Shown here in pieces: positions 36,123-47,305 of a stretch of DNA of 64,000 nt. Both the position numbers and the translations under genes were made by a program. Numbering within the stretch: position 1 is the stretch's first letter; every line of letters begins with the position of its first letter. Below the pieces are notes generated by a model. The model saw nothing but the letters and a program-made list of their open reading frames with translations, had not been told where the DNA came from and made no database searches. Source of the DNA: Mobula hypostoma (lineage: Eukaryota); assembly GCF_963921235.1 (NCBI RefSeq), contig NC_086101.1, forward strand, positions 29,946,001 through 30,010,000, in the 5' to 3' direction.

Positions 36123-37099
36123 ACAATTCATACAAAGACACCGATTCTAAATTGAGGTATATTCAATGCAAATTTCAGCACGAAAGAAGAATTTCCCCTC
36201 ATGTCAACGGAGAAGCTGAACCTCTAATAAAACATAACTGGATAATGCTGTAAAATCCTAGCACACGACTCAATTTCCAAAGACAAATAAGTGCATTTAA
36301 AATTCCTGGTTGATCAGCTTAGGATGACCTGGATCAATATCAATCACGTTTCGTGGTCTTGCAAAGGCAGGAAGCAGATATCATACAAAGTGGATTGGTG
36401 CCGTAACGTAATTCCACATAGGAGAATAACTTATGCCGTCCTGGCGTCAGGTAAAAGATCGCTGTGCACGTTTCTTAGTTTCGACACCCGATCCAATGGA
36501 AGTATACTTAGGAGGCGAATGCAAAACAAACGGACGTGGAGACTCAGGCGATATTTCCCTTTGAAATGCAAAAGAAACACAGCCAATTTCAAATAAAGGA
36601 GATTTCTTGGAATACATAGAAAAAACAAGCCGTATACGTGGACAGACTAAACCACTATTATTATTTCAGGTTGTTAGACCTGGCGAGTTCCGATACGATT
36701 TGAAACGTTATTTTTTCAGATTCTTTTGGTACCTGTCGTTTCAGCTAACCACTCACTTATGCAATTATTGCCATCTTGCTGCTTTACAAAAATAGTTAGC
36801 CAACTGTTGCAGTACTGAGAGTAATTCTGACGGTCGCATTTCCAGAAGGACATGACGAACATGGAAATGTTGCAGACGAAAATAATCGGGATGATGCCTT
36901 GATTAGAGGGGGCATTCTTTAAGGAGAGTTTGGACAAACATTTTTTGTTTTCTCTTAAGGTTGCACTCTGAAGGGAGAACCCGTTCGTATGACTAATAAC
37001 CTCTAATCCTGGCAGCATTCTGGTAAATAACTTCGGAATGAATGCTTGTCTTTTCCAAATTGCCCATATTTGAAGTAGACAAGTATTACAGTTGAAGAC

Positions 37100-38100
37100 A
37101 TTGCATCAAAAGGGTCCCGAGAGAACTGGAGGCAGGGAGGGGTGCTGAGTGTTTTGAAATCATTTATTTGATTTGTAGAACTTAAGCTTAAGAAATTAGA
37201 GCCAAAGGTATACCGAGTATAGGCAGGATGGTGGTTCATTCAGTGAAAAGCTAATCCTGCAATATGGGATTGCAGAGACTGCAGGGTGCCTAGCGGTATT
37301 GTTGATGACTATGCCTGCAAGAGGCGCACCCAACTTCAGCTCCTGACTGAGAAGATCACTGAATGGAGCTGCAGCTGTATCTTGGGGGTGCGGGGGTGGG
37401 GGGCAACAACCTCATTGATGAGTCTTTTGCTGCGATGGCCACGCCCTGAGTGCGAGCATTGGACAGTAGATGGGTGGCCACCAGGAAAAATAAGTGGAGT
37501 AAGCATTTGTGCAGAGTTACTGAGTGGCCATTACCCTAAGCAACGAGATTCTACTGAGAGCGATGGCCAAACGGGACGCAACAGTCGTAGCCCAGTCAGC
37601 GACACTGTGGTCGGTTCTGAGGCTCAGCAGGGAAGGATATAGTCGGGTAGACCTAGAATGATTGTCAGTAACTAGCGGGTGGACAGGAGAGTCCGTGGCC
37701 GCGAATAACACGCCAAGGTAATGTACTAAATCCCAGGTACTAGGGTCAAGAATGTCTCAGACCGGCTGCAGAATATTCTCAGGAAGGGACGTGAGCAGCC
37801 AGATGTCGTGGTGCAAATTGACAGGAATCACACGATGGAAGAGGACATGCGTAGTGAGTATCGACAGTTAGGAAAGAATCTGAAGAGTAGGACTTCCAAG
37901 GCAGTAATCTTTGGGTTCTTCCCAGTGCCTCATGCTGGTCAAGGCTGGAATATGATGATCGTTCTGATAAGTGAGTGGCTGAACAACTGGTGCAGGAGAA
38001 AGCTTTCAGTTTCTTAGATGACTGGAACCTTTTTTTGGACAGGAGTACCCTGTACAATAGGAAGGGGTTGCACTTAACTGGAGAGAAGAGAATATAGGGA
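37100..38100 (+). mobile_element. CR1 5' UTR and ORF1, degenerate
   Basis: Zinc-finger-like DDYACKRRTQLQLLTEKI, then SGNH-like RVKNVSDRLQNIL...QPDVVVQI and SKAVIFGFFPVPHA. Confidence 0.75.
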
Positions 38101-38239
38101 CTTGGGGGGGGGGGGGGGAGGTGGGGGGTGGGGCGGGATGTTTGCTTGTGTTACACGGGAGAGGTACATGGGATGATCCTTTGGTCTCAGTATCTGAAGA
38201 TGAAGTGCCTTCAAAAGAGTGATTCCAAGACAAGCAATC

Positions 38240-39720
38240 GGTCCGTGCAGAGTAGCTGGACGAGGACTGATGACGTGTGCCGACAAACTAGCTGGTGTAT
38301 TCACGGATATCTTCAAGATCTCGCTCCGGCAGTGTCCTACCCATCTGCTTCAAGCAGGCTTCTGTCGAGCCAGTGCACAAGAAGAGCGTGGAAGCCTGTC
38401 TAAAGGGCTATCGCTCAGTGGCACTTACATCCACAATGTTTTGAGAGGCCGGTACAGGAACATATCAGCTCCTGTTTGAGTGGTGGCTTGGATCCACTCC
38501 AATTCGCATACCGAAGCAGCAGGTCTACAGCGGATGCACGCTCATTGGCTCTTTACACAAACCCCTGTAACATCTGGACAACAAAGATCCATACCTCATG
38601 ATGGTGTTCCTTCGATTACAGATCGGTATTTAACAGCATCAACCCCTCAAAACTAATGAGTAAATTCCTCAGTACACACTTCAGCAATTGGTTTCTGGAT
38701 TTCCGCATTTGTAGACCCTGGTCCGGATTGGCATCGACATCTCGTTCAGCAGACCCAATCAGGAGCACCGCAGGGATGTGTACTACTGCTCTAATCGCTT
38801 TACACTTATGAGTGTGTGGCTAAGCACTGCTCAACACCATGTACATGTTTGCTGACAACACCACTGTTGTGGCTGTATCAAAGGGAATGATGAATCAGCA
38901 TAGAGGAGGGAGACTGAAAATTTGGCTGAGTGGTGTGTAAACACCAACATCACACTCAGTGCCCATTAGACCCAGGAACTGATTGTCAACCAGAAGAATG
39001 AAACCAGACGTCCATGAGACAGCAATCATCGGAGTATCAGAGGTGGAGAGGATCAGTAACTTTCAATTCCTAGGCGTTACCTGTCCTGGACCTGTCATAC
39101 GAATAGTATTATTAAGAAAGCACTGCAGCCGCTCTACTTACTCAGGAGTCTGCGGAGGTTAGGCATGCTATCGAAAACCTTGGCAAACTTCTATAGATGT
39201 GTGGTGGAAAGTGTTCTGACCGTCTGCATTAACGCCTGTTATGGGAACAAAGATATCTTTCAGCCGGAAATCCTACATAACGTAGTGGATTCGGCCCAGT
39301 ACATCACTCGTAGAACCATCCCGACCATTCAGCACATCCAACATGAAACGTTGCCGTAGAAAAGCAGCATCAATCATCAAAGATCCTTACCACCCGTCCT
39401 TGCTCCTTCCTCGCTGTTGCCATCAGGAAGAACGGTCAGCTGTCCCAGGAGTCGAACCACTAGGTAAAGAATTATCCCTTATCCAGGCAAAACTCCGATA
39501 CGGACTCTGTTATATTATTATTTCATGCTCATTATTTCTATCTGGATTTTCACGGTTTGTTTACAGTGAACAGTTCCTGATGATTACAGTTTACAATTGT
39601 TGTTCTATAGATTTGCTAAGTGTAGTTCCAGAAAAAAAGTATCTCAAGGTTACATGTTGCGGCATGTATGGACTATGATAAGAAATTTCAATTTCAGATT
39701 TGAACCTTGAACTTAAAGTA
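38240..39720 (+). mobile_element. Rex-Babar-type LINE 3' part
   Basis: CADKLAGVFTDIFKISL, SKTLANFYRCVVESVLT, RRKAASIIKDPYHP; tail ...gaaccttgaactt. Confidence 0.8.
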
Positions 39721-39839
39721 GTTTGGCATGGAGAGGAGAACCGGAACACCTGGTCAAGAAGTGGAGGGATGGAGAGAAAGCTGGATGTCAGGATCATTAA
39801 GAATAGCAGGACGTACAGTTATAACTACGCTGGGATGGT

Positions 39840-41790
39840 ACGTTGAAGTGTGACGTGTGAGGCACATTTTTGGAAAAGCTAATGCATATAAAACATGATT
39901 CAGTGCATGGAACTATGATGTTGTGTCTATTATAGAGACTTGGTTGAGAGTGGGATAGGAATGGGTCTTTAGTGTCCGAGGTTTCTGACATTTTAGAAAG
40001 ATAGCGAGAGAGACGTATCAGAAGTGGGGGAGTTGCATAACTCATGTCCCTACTAATCGGGGACATTAACACAGCTGCAGGCAGACGGGACATGATAGAG
40101 TGCTCGTCCACTATATCTATATGGGTAAAACGCAAAAGTAGGCAGGGTGCAATAATTCAGTAGCATGGCGGCAATAAATCTCCAAGCCAAGCTGAGACCA
40201 GGGTGACGAGGCACCCTTCACCCAGCATGTTGTTAGCCGATGTGCAGTCCCTGGAGAACAGAACTGAGGACATGAGGGCAGGATGGTTGTGAGATGAGGC
40301 ATTTTTGTGTTATTAGACTGAGCGAGGCATGACTTTCTTTGGGCATGCCACACAGACATCTTCTCGATTTTCTGTATGGACCGAACTGCTGATTCGGGGA
40401 CGGCAAAATGTGCAGGGGTGAGTTTCATGATAAACTCTCGTAGTGCACCAATGCGACGGTTTTGTCGAGCTCATGCTCTCCGAACTTGAACACCTAACGA
40501 TCATATGCTCTCCATTATATTGAAAAAGGAAGTTCTCCATAATCCTGACCGCAGCTTAAATACCACCATCCGGAGAAAATAACTAAACCATTGAGGAACA
40601 GTATGATGCCATTTCGAAACAAGAAACCGTCCATCCCCGCGCATTTCAAATCAAGGTCTGGGACTCAGCCAGGCTTGTTTGAAGACCCCCCTGCCCAATT
40701 ACCATCAGCATATATTCTGTTGCGGTGATGCTCCCAACGTAATACACCACTTTTAGTTTAAGATAAGGAATGCCGGACGTTCCACGCTCAGACCACATTT
40801 AGACAAATCGGATCACTCGGATCACGATAAAGACAGAAGCTAAAGAGCAACGCACCAGAAATTAGGACAACAGTGAGATGGTCACGGGAGGCAGAGGATC
40901 GGCTATGGGATTACTTCGAGTCAGTGCATTGGGCCGTGTTCAACCTATGGATCAGAATGAATATATCTTGGTTCTCACTGACTTTATTAAAACATTACTA
41001 GACTATTGCAATATCTACTGTTCGTGATTTTTATTAATGACCTGGATGTGGGGGTAGAAGACTGTGCTGGCAAGCTTACAGACGACACAAAGGCTGGTGG
41101 TGTTGCAGACAGTGGAGAGGGTTGTCAAAGATTGCAGAGAGACATTGATAGGTTGCAGAAGCGGACTTTGAGTTGCATTAATTACAACGAAGATTTCGTG
41201 GAGAGTTGATGGTTAACAGAAATGCACACACCAATATTCTGATAACTATATTGGAGCATTGCATCACACAGTTGGACTAATCAAGGTGCGAAGAGTATTA
41301 ATCGTGAACCAAGAAATGATTCTCCCTTGTACCTAGATCACCGTCTTAATGCCAATCACACTCGTAGTATAATTTCAAGCATGAAGGACCTGGAGTTGGA
41401 TGAACTTGGGATCGTCCAGGAGCAATTGATAGATACGATTTTTGGTGAAAATCAGAAACAGGAAGCGGGTAATAACTCCACAGGTGTTTAATTTTATATA
41501 TAGATTCCCCCACTGGTAACAGATACATCGAAGATCAGATAGGGAGGCAGGTTCTGGAACTGTGCAATAATAATAGGGTTGTTGTGATGGGTCACATTAA
41601 CGTTCCCAATATTGACTGGCACCTCTTTAGAGCAGGGGGTTTTACATGGAGTGGAGCTGTTACGTGTGTTCAGGAAGTTTTTCTTACGCAATATATGGCT
41701 AAGCCAACGAGAGGAGAGGCCACACCTGATCTGGTATTAGGAAATAAACCTGGTCAGGTGTCACATCTGTCGGTGAGAAACATTTTAGAG
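39840..41790 (+). mobile_element. Interleaved CR1 endonuclease/RT fragments and a Rex-Babar endonuclease fragment (about 40190-40960)
   Basis: YDVVSIIETWL-like, PSMLLADVQSLEN, FINDLDVGV...DDTK, VMGHINVPNIDW. Confidence 0.65.
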
Positions 41791-41799
41791 GCAATGATA

Positions 41800-42570
41800 T
41801 GGGTAGAGCTGCATAACTCTGAGGGGCAGAAAACATTGATAGGATGCAGGAGTGGGCTGAGAAGTGGCAGATGGAGTTCAACCCGGAGAAGTGTGAGGTG
41901 GTACACTTTGGAAGGACACACTCCAAGGCAGATTACAAAGTAAATGGCAGGATACGTGGCAGTGTGGAAGAGCAGAGGGATCTGCGGGTACATGTCGACA
42001 GATCCCTGAAAGTTACCTCACAGTTAGATAGGGTAGTTAAGAAAGCTTAACTGTGTCCAGTTCTGGTCGCCTCACTATAGGAAGGATGTAGAAGTATTGG
42101 AAAGGGTACAGAGCAGATTTACCAGCATGCGGCCTTGTTTAGAGAGTATGCATTATAATCAGAGATTAGGGGAGCTAGGTCTTTACTCTTGGAGAGAAGG
42201 AGGATGAGAGGAGACATGATAAAGGTGTACAAGATAATAAGAGGAATAGATAGAGTGGATAGCCAGCGTCTCTTCCCCCGGGCACCACTGCTCAATACAA
42301 GAGGACATGGCTTTAAGGTAAGGGGTGGGAAGTTCAAGGGGGATATTAGAAGAAGGTTTTTTACTCAGAGAGTGGTTGGTGCGTGGAATGCACTGCCTGA
42401 GTCAGTGGTGGAGGCAGATACACTCGTGAAGTTTAAGAGACAACTGGACAGGTATATGGAGGAATTTAAGTTGGGGGCTTATATGGGAGGCAGGGATTGA
42501 GGCTCAGCAGAATATTGTGGGCCGAAGGGTCTGTACTGTGCTGTACTATTCCATGTTCTATGTTCTATGT
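41800..42570 (+). mobile_element. CR1 3' end with (TTCTATG)n tail
   Basis: WAEKWQMEFNPEKCEV and ERRRMRGDMIKVYKI; tail ttccatgttctatgttctatg. Confidence 0.9.
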
Positions 42571-42960
42571 AACCCTACAATGTCATTCAGATACTTCGCC
42601 AAGCAAAAACAATGGATGAACTATGAGATCTGCAATCTGCTGAAGGCAAGAAAGGTACAAATATCAGATACGATCTCCGGAAAGCTATCTCACGGGGAAA
42701 GTGGCAATTCCGGACTAAGCTTGAATCAACGAGGAACGTTCGAGAGTCAAGCAGAGCTTGTATACTGTTACTCCTTACAAAGTTAAATCACGCGCCAGAC
42801 GCGACGACATGACCTCGCTTCCAGATGGACTTCATGGCTTCTATACTCGGTTTGACCGACCAAAATGTGGAGGAAGCATCCCGAGCACCCAGGGCCCCTG
42901 ATAATCCCGTGTTTTCAGTTTCTGAAACAGACGTGCGATTAGACCTCAGGAAGCTGAACA
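42570..42960 (+). mobile_element. Rex-Babar fragment
   Basis: KQWMNYEICNLLKAR and PVFSVSETDVRLDLRK. Confidence 0.55.
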
Positions 42961-43139
42961 CGCGATTCCAGGATCGAATTCAAGAAGGAGTGAGAACGTA
43001 CAACGCTTCCTTGGTCAGTCGAAATGTTCCAGATAGTTCAAGAAAATTAACCTTTTTTCCCTCTTTTCTGTCCTTCTTCTTAAGTGTGTTTCTGGGGCTG
43101 TTAGAACCTGCGATGGAGATCCTTAGAGTGGTCTAGCGC

Positions 43140-44535
43140 TTTTCTGTCACCGAGAAGTTTCCAGGAAGCGACGCAGACTTGGACGTTCTCGATGCAAAAA
43201 AAGAGATACAGGGTTCAAGCCGATGTTCCGCTCCATTTCGCCGTTTAAGGCGTCTAATTATCGCCGATTAAAGCATTGAGCCAGATTGAGACATCGAAGC
43301 GAATGTGGAATGCGAGAGTTTCAGCGCAGATTGTCTGCTTTTTGATCACTGTCGGAAAAGGAGTCCGTGAGTGGTCTATCACTGTGTAGCTCTCTATGGC
43401 CGAAGTGTAGGCCTATCTGCCTCTTGTAGTGTCACTCTCTTCTCTTTCGTGATATCGTAGGATAATATCGAGGTTCTGCGTTTATGGATGAACTATTGCG
43501 TTTAGTGACTGTGGAGGTTGTCAGATGTTTGGTTTTTATATTCTGTTTTTGTTTTAATCACCCTTTCCTTTTCGGTTTTGTTGTGCGAGAGCAGGGTGCT
43601 TGGGGGTAGGCCGTTCGATGTACTGTTAGGTGTTTTTTTGTGGGGGAGGGGTTGTTTATTGAGGGTCTATGTTCATGTTCCGTTTTGTGAGAGGGAGGGC
43701 GGTTGTGTTGATAATAGTCAATAGACAATAGAAATAGGTGTAGGAGTAGGCCATTAGGCTCTTCGAGCCAGCACCACCATTCACTGTGATCATGGCTGAT
43801 CATCCACAATCAGTATCCAGTTCCTGCCTTCCTGCATTACCTTTGATTCCAGTATTTTTAAGAGCTCTATCCATCTCTTTCTTGAAAGCATCCAGAGACT
43901 TGGCCTCCACAGCCTTCTGGGTCAGAGCATTCCATACATCCACCACTGTCTGGGTGAAAAAGATTTTCCTCAACTCCGTTCTAAATGACCTACCCCTTAT
44001 TCTTAAACTGTGGCCTCTGGTTCTGCACTCACCTATCAGCGGGAACATGCTTCCTGCCTCCAGAGTGTCGTTACCCTTAATAATCTTACACGTTTCAGTA
44101 ATATCTACTCTCAGCCTTCTACATTTCAGAGTATACAAGCCCAATCGCTCCAATCTTTCTATATATAACAGTCCCGCCATCCCGGGAATTAACCTTGTGA
44201 ACCTACGCTGCACTCCCTCAATAGCAAGAATGTCCTTCCTCAAATTTGGAGACCAGAACTGCATGCAGTACTCCAGGTGTGGTCTCACCAGGGCTCTGTA
44301 CAGCTGCAGAAGGACCTCTTTGCTCTTATACTCAATTCCCCTTTTTATGAAGGCCAGCAGGCCATTAGATTTAGGTAATCGGCAGGACGTACGTTTTTTG
44401 ATGGTGTGGTGAGTTTGATGTTTCTCTTTGAACAAATTTCATGTTCTTTCTTTGTTTCCTGGCGTAGAAAGGACATTTCAGCCTTGCATTTCGATACAAG
44501 CTTCGATAATGAATAAAATTTTGAAGCTTGAACTT
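43140..44535 (+). mobile_element. Non-coding interspersed repeat with a Rex-like tail, split by a CR1 (parts about 43140-43715 and 44385-44535)
   Basis: GT-rich body resumes after the CR1 and ends in a ...tgaagcttgaacttttga tail similar to 39700 and 45930. Confidence 0.4.
43716..44380 (-). mobile_element. CR1 3' end with (AGACAAT)n tail
   Basis: ORF 43800-44435: RALVRPHLEYCMQFWSPNLRKDILAIEG. Confidence 0.92.
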
Positions 44536-44539
44536 TTGA

Positions 44540-44910
44540 AAATCATCCTGCCCAGATGTGGTACCTGGCCAGGTACCAAAGACCTTTGCCTATCAACTGG
44601 CTGGAATGTTCACTGACATATTAAATTTCTCATTTCGGCATACTGAGGTATTCGCCTGCTTCAAACAGGTTTCAATGATAGCGGTGTCCAAAGAAGAACG
44701 TGGTAATGGCCCTCAATATCTATCGTTCAGAAGCGCTTCCATCTGCAGTGATGAAGTGATTTGATAGATTGGTGATGAAACATATTATCTCCTCCCTGAG
44801 TAGCGACGTGGATCCGCTCCAATTTATTTCCCAGAATAATCGATCCACAACTGATGCCATCTCTTTGGCTGTTCACTGAACCCTGGAACAACCGGACAGT
44901 AAAGATGACT
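44540..44910 (+). mobile_element. Rex-Babar RT fragment
   Basis: QLAGMFTDILNFS, followed by gatccgctccaattt...gatgccatctct motifs. Confidence 0.65.
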
Positions 44911-45419
44911 GCACGCAAATTGCCATAACTCACAAACCAGAAACTCTCCTTGTGGTGCAATATTCTCTGCTCAAACAATCTTTGAGCAAATTAATTTCCT
45001 CTTCATGTTCTGTTTCGCCAATTGCTTGCATATGCAAAATCAGCAAAACGATTTAAAATAGTTGGTTTAAAAAAGTATCCAGCAGATCAGGCAACACACG
45101 GAGTGGTAAGCATAGCAATAAGCTCTCCAGTCCACAATGTCTGTGCCAAAAGTGTTTCCCACACCATGCACATGATCCATATCCCTCTTTGATCCCGGCC
45201 ACTCATCCTCTGTCTCTATATCTTTGCAATGAAGATACTTATCAATAAAATGCCAGTTAACATAACGTTTAACGTTCACCATCTCATGAGCTTTAAACGA
45301 AATGTGCAACCTTGAGGCCAGGTAGCCTGGAGAGAGAGCATAGGTCCATGCTGGACTCCCACTTCTCGCCGGTTTAAGCGTTAGGAAAGATTGGAGTCTT
45401 CGAAAACAAGGGCAAAAGG

Positions 45420-45940
45420 TAAGCATATGTTCAGCGCCATCTCTGTGTGGATAACCGGTCTCTCGTTGCTCCCAAATTAAGGTGCCTGCATTCAATCAGT
45501 TTCTCCTCCCTCTCACTCGATCCTCCGAAGAAAGGTAAGGGAATCTTGGGTCTTGGGCAAAGTTTGATCAATAAGGTTTGTGGATTGGAATTTGTAGCTC
45601 ACGTTGTGATGTCTTTCCACCTTCGCTTTTAATCCCTGTTTTGATCGGGGAGGACCTGCTCTTTGCCCTGCAGTCGACGAACGGGACAGCACTGGACCGA
45701 ATTGAAGTGAATATACCTGGACTATTTAGATGACTTTGGGTTTGACGTTTTGTACTCCGTGTTTTTGACGCTCTTTTCTTGGCAGTTTTCGTGAGCTGTC
45801 TTCTGTTTGCGCATGATACTGGTGGTGGTGGGGATGGCTTTTTAGTGTTTTTCTTTAAAGGTGTTTCATGAATTTCTTTGTTTCCGGGCTGTGTGTGGAA
45901 AGACAAACCTAAGGGGTTGTATATTGAATACGTAATACTG
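45420..45940 (+). mobile_element. Non-coding interspersed repeat with a Rex-like tail
   Basis: Body and 3' end resemble 43140-44535 and 39500-39720. Confidence 0.35.
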
Positions 45941-46329
45941 AAACCCGGGTTTCCTTGGGCTGCGTACGTCTAAGGAATACACACTCCATTACTCCAACCG
46001 TAACCCAAACATCGCTTCTCCAGAAAGAACATTAAGTTACCAGTGAAACCTTTCCTAGGCGCTACACTTAGATAATAAATGCACTTTGAATCTTTGAATG
46101 TATTACAGTAAAACGAAGCCAGGTGTCCTGTAAATTGAAAGGGGTGTGCTGGAAACACTCAGCAGATCACACAACAGCCGCGGAGAGAAAAACAGATAAC
46201 AAGCTTCATGGATACTTTTAGTGCTTGCGGAGGAAGGCTTGGTGGAAAAGTTAGAAACTGGCACGTTTCACGTGGCAGAGGAAGGAGAGGAAGGGAGAAT
46301 GCAGGGGGAGCATATGATGGGCTGAATAC

Positions 46330-46950
46330 ACAAATTTTCCATGGAAGCAGTTAATTTAAAAACCGCCATTTGAATTTATCTCTGGCTTGAAGATTCCAGG
46401 ACTTATCTTGATACTTCTTCTATAGTTGTGAAATACTCTGCCATCAACAACCTCTTGGTAGCATGTTTTAGTGACTGATTCTGAGAAATGTGATCAGTTT
46501 TTTTAAGAGGTATAGCTATCCAGCAGTTTTCACCTCTGTAAGTCTCACACAGGAGGTCCGAGCTGCTCCTATTGGCCTGACAAGATTAGTGACAAGCTCA
46601 TGGAAGGTGGTTTTAAATACTGTCATAGTCTTAGAGAACTTCAGCTTTCCATTGTCTCTGATGATACCTAAGCTAGAAGTGGGGATTCAAGAATCTTTAA
46701 GACTATTTGTTTTGCTGTAATTAGCAAGTGGTGTGTCGCATCTGTTTGTCCAAACTGGTGAATTACAGTTGAGTACGTAGGCAGAAATTTGTCCTTCGGG
46801 TGTTTTGTGTACTGGATTACTGAACTTCTGGGCACTGCAGTGGAGAATAATTATGAAAAGAGATTCTCGATATTGACATAGTGCGTTAACTTCCGTTGCA
46901 TTTGCAGCCAATGACCAATGATTTGCATATCATATCAGCTGATCAAACAG
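46330..46950 (-). mobile_element. Possible Gypsy-type integrase relic, very degenerate, interrupted by the L1
   Basis: Broken-frame IIRDNG, QAN-GAA...VR and LLKK.D...QN...LLM resemble the Gypsy integrase core. Confidence 0.35.
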
Positions 46951-47305
46951 TCGACGCTCTTCCTTTCTTTTTAAATCTTTTTATTAAATAAGTATACAAA
47001 AAGGTAAGCCATATAGACACTACTACATTGTTAGAATAAAATAAAATTACAGAAGATATTAATACAAAAAAACTACAAACAATATAATTTAAACATAACA
47101 TACCAAGGTAACATAATAGTATACTAATTTTATATATATATCAATGGAGAAAAAGAAAAAAAACCCCAAAAAAACCCACCGTGCAACTAACTAAAAGCAA
47201 CGCAAAGCAATGGGCTAACTTGAAACCAAACAGAGTTAAACTTAAAATCACGTCCTCAATCCCGACCTCCATTAAAAACAGTGAAAAAAACAAGAAGAGT
47301 ATATA

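Noticed and set aside
38103-38135. G-runs (also 16296-16316) as G-quadruplex regulatory elements
   Set aside because: They lie within decayed LINEs, homopolymer length is unreliable, and there is no supporting context.
45067-45495. 142-aa - strand ORF with a plausible splice acceptor near 45329
   Set aside because: No recognisable family, no partner exon, and its 5' part overlaps a repeat. A faint integrase-like WPG...CAWC pattern is out of order relative to the neighbouring relic.
46907-46930. Two CCAAT boxes plus an octamer ATTTGCAT next to the L1 insertion, resembling a histone H2B, Ig or snRNA promoter
   Set aside because: No downstream TATA, histone, V-segment or snRNA sequence on either side of the L1, and the motif seems to sit in a decayed Gypsy-like pol relic.
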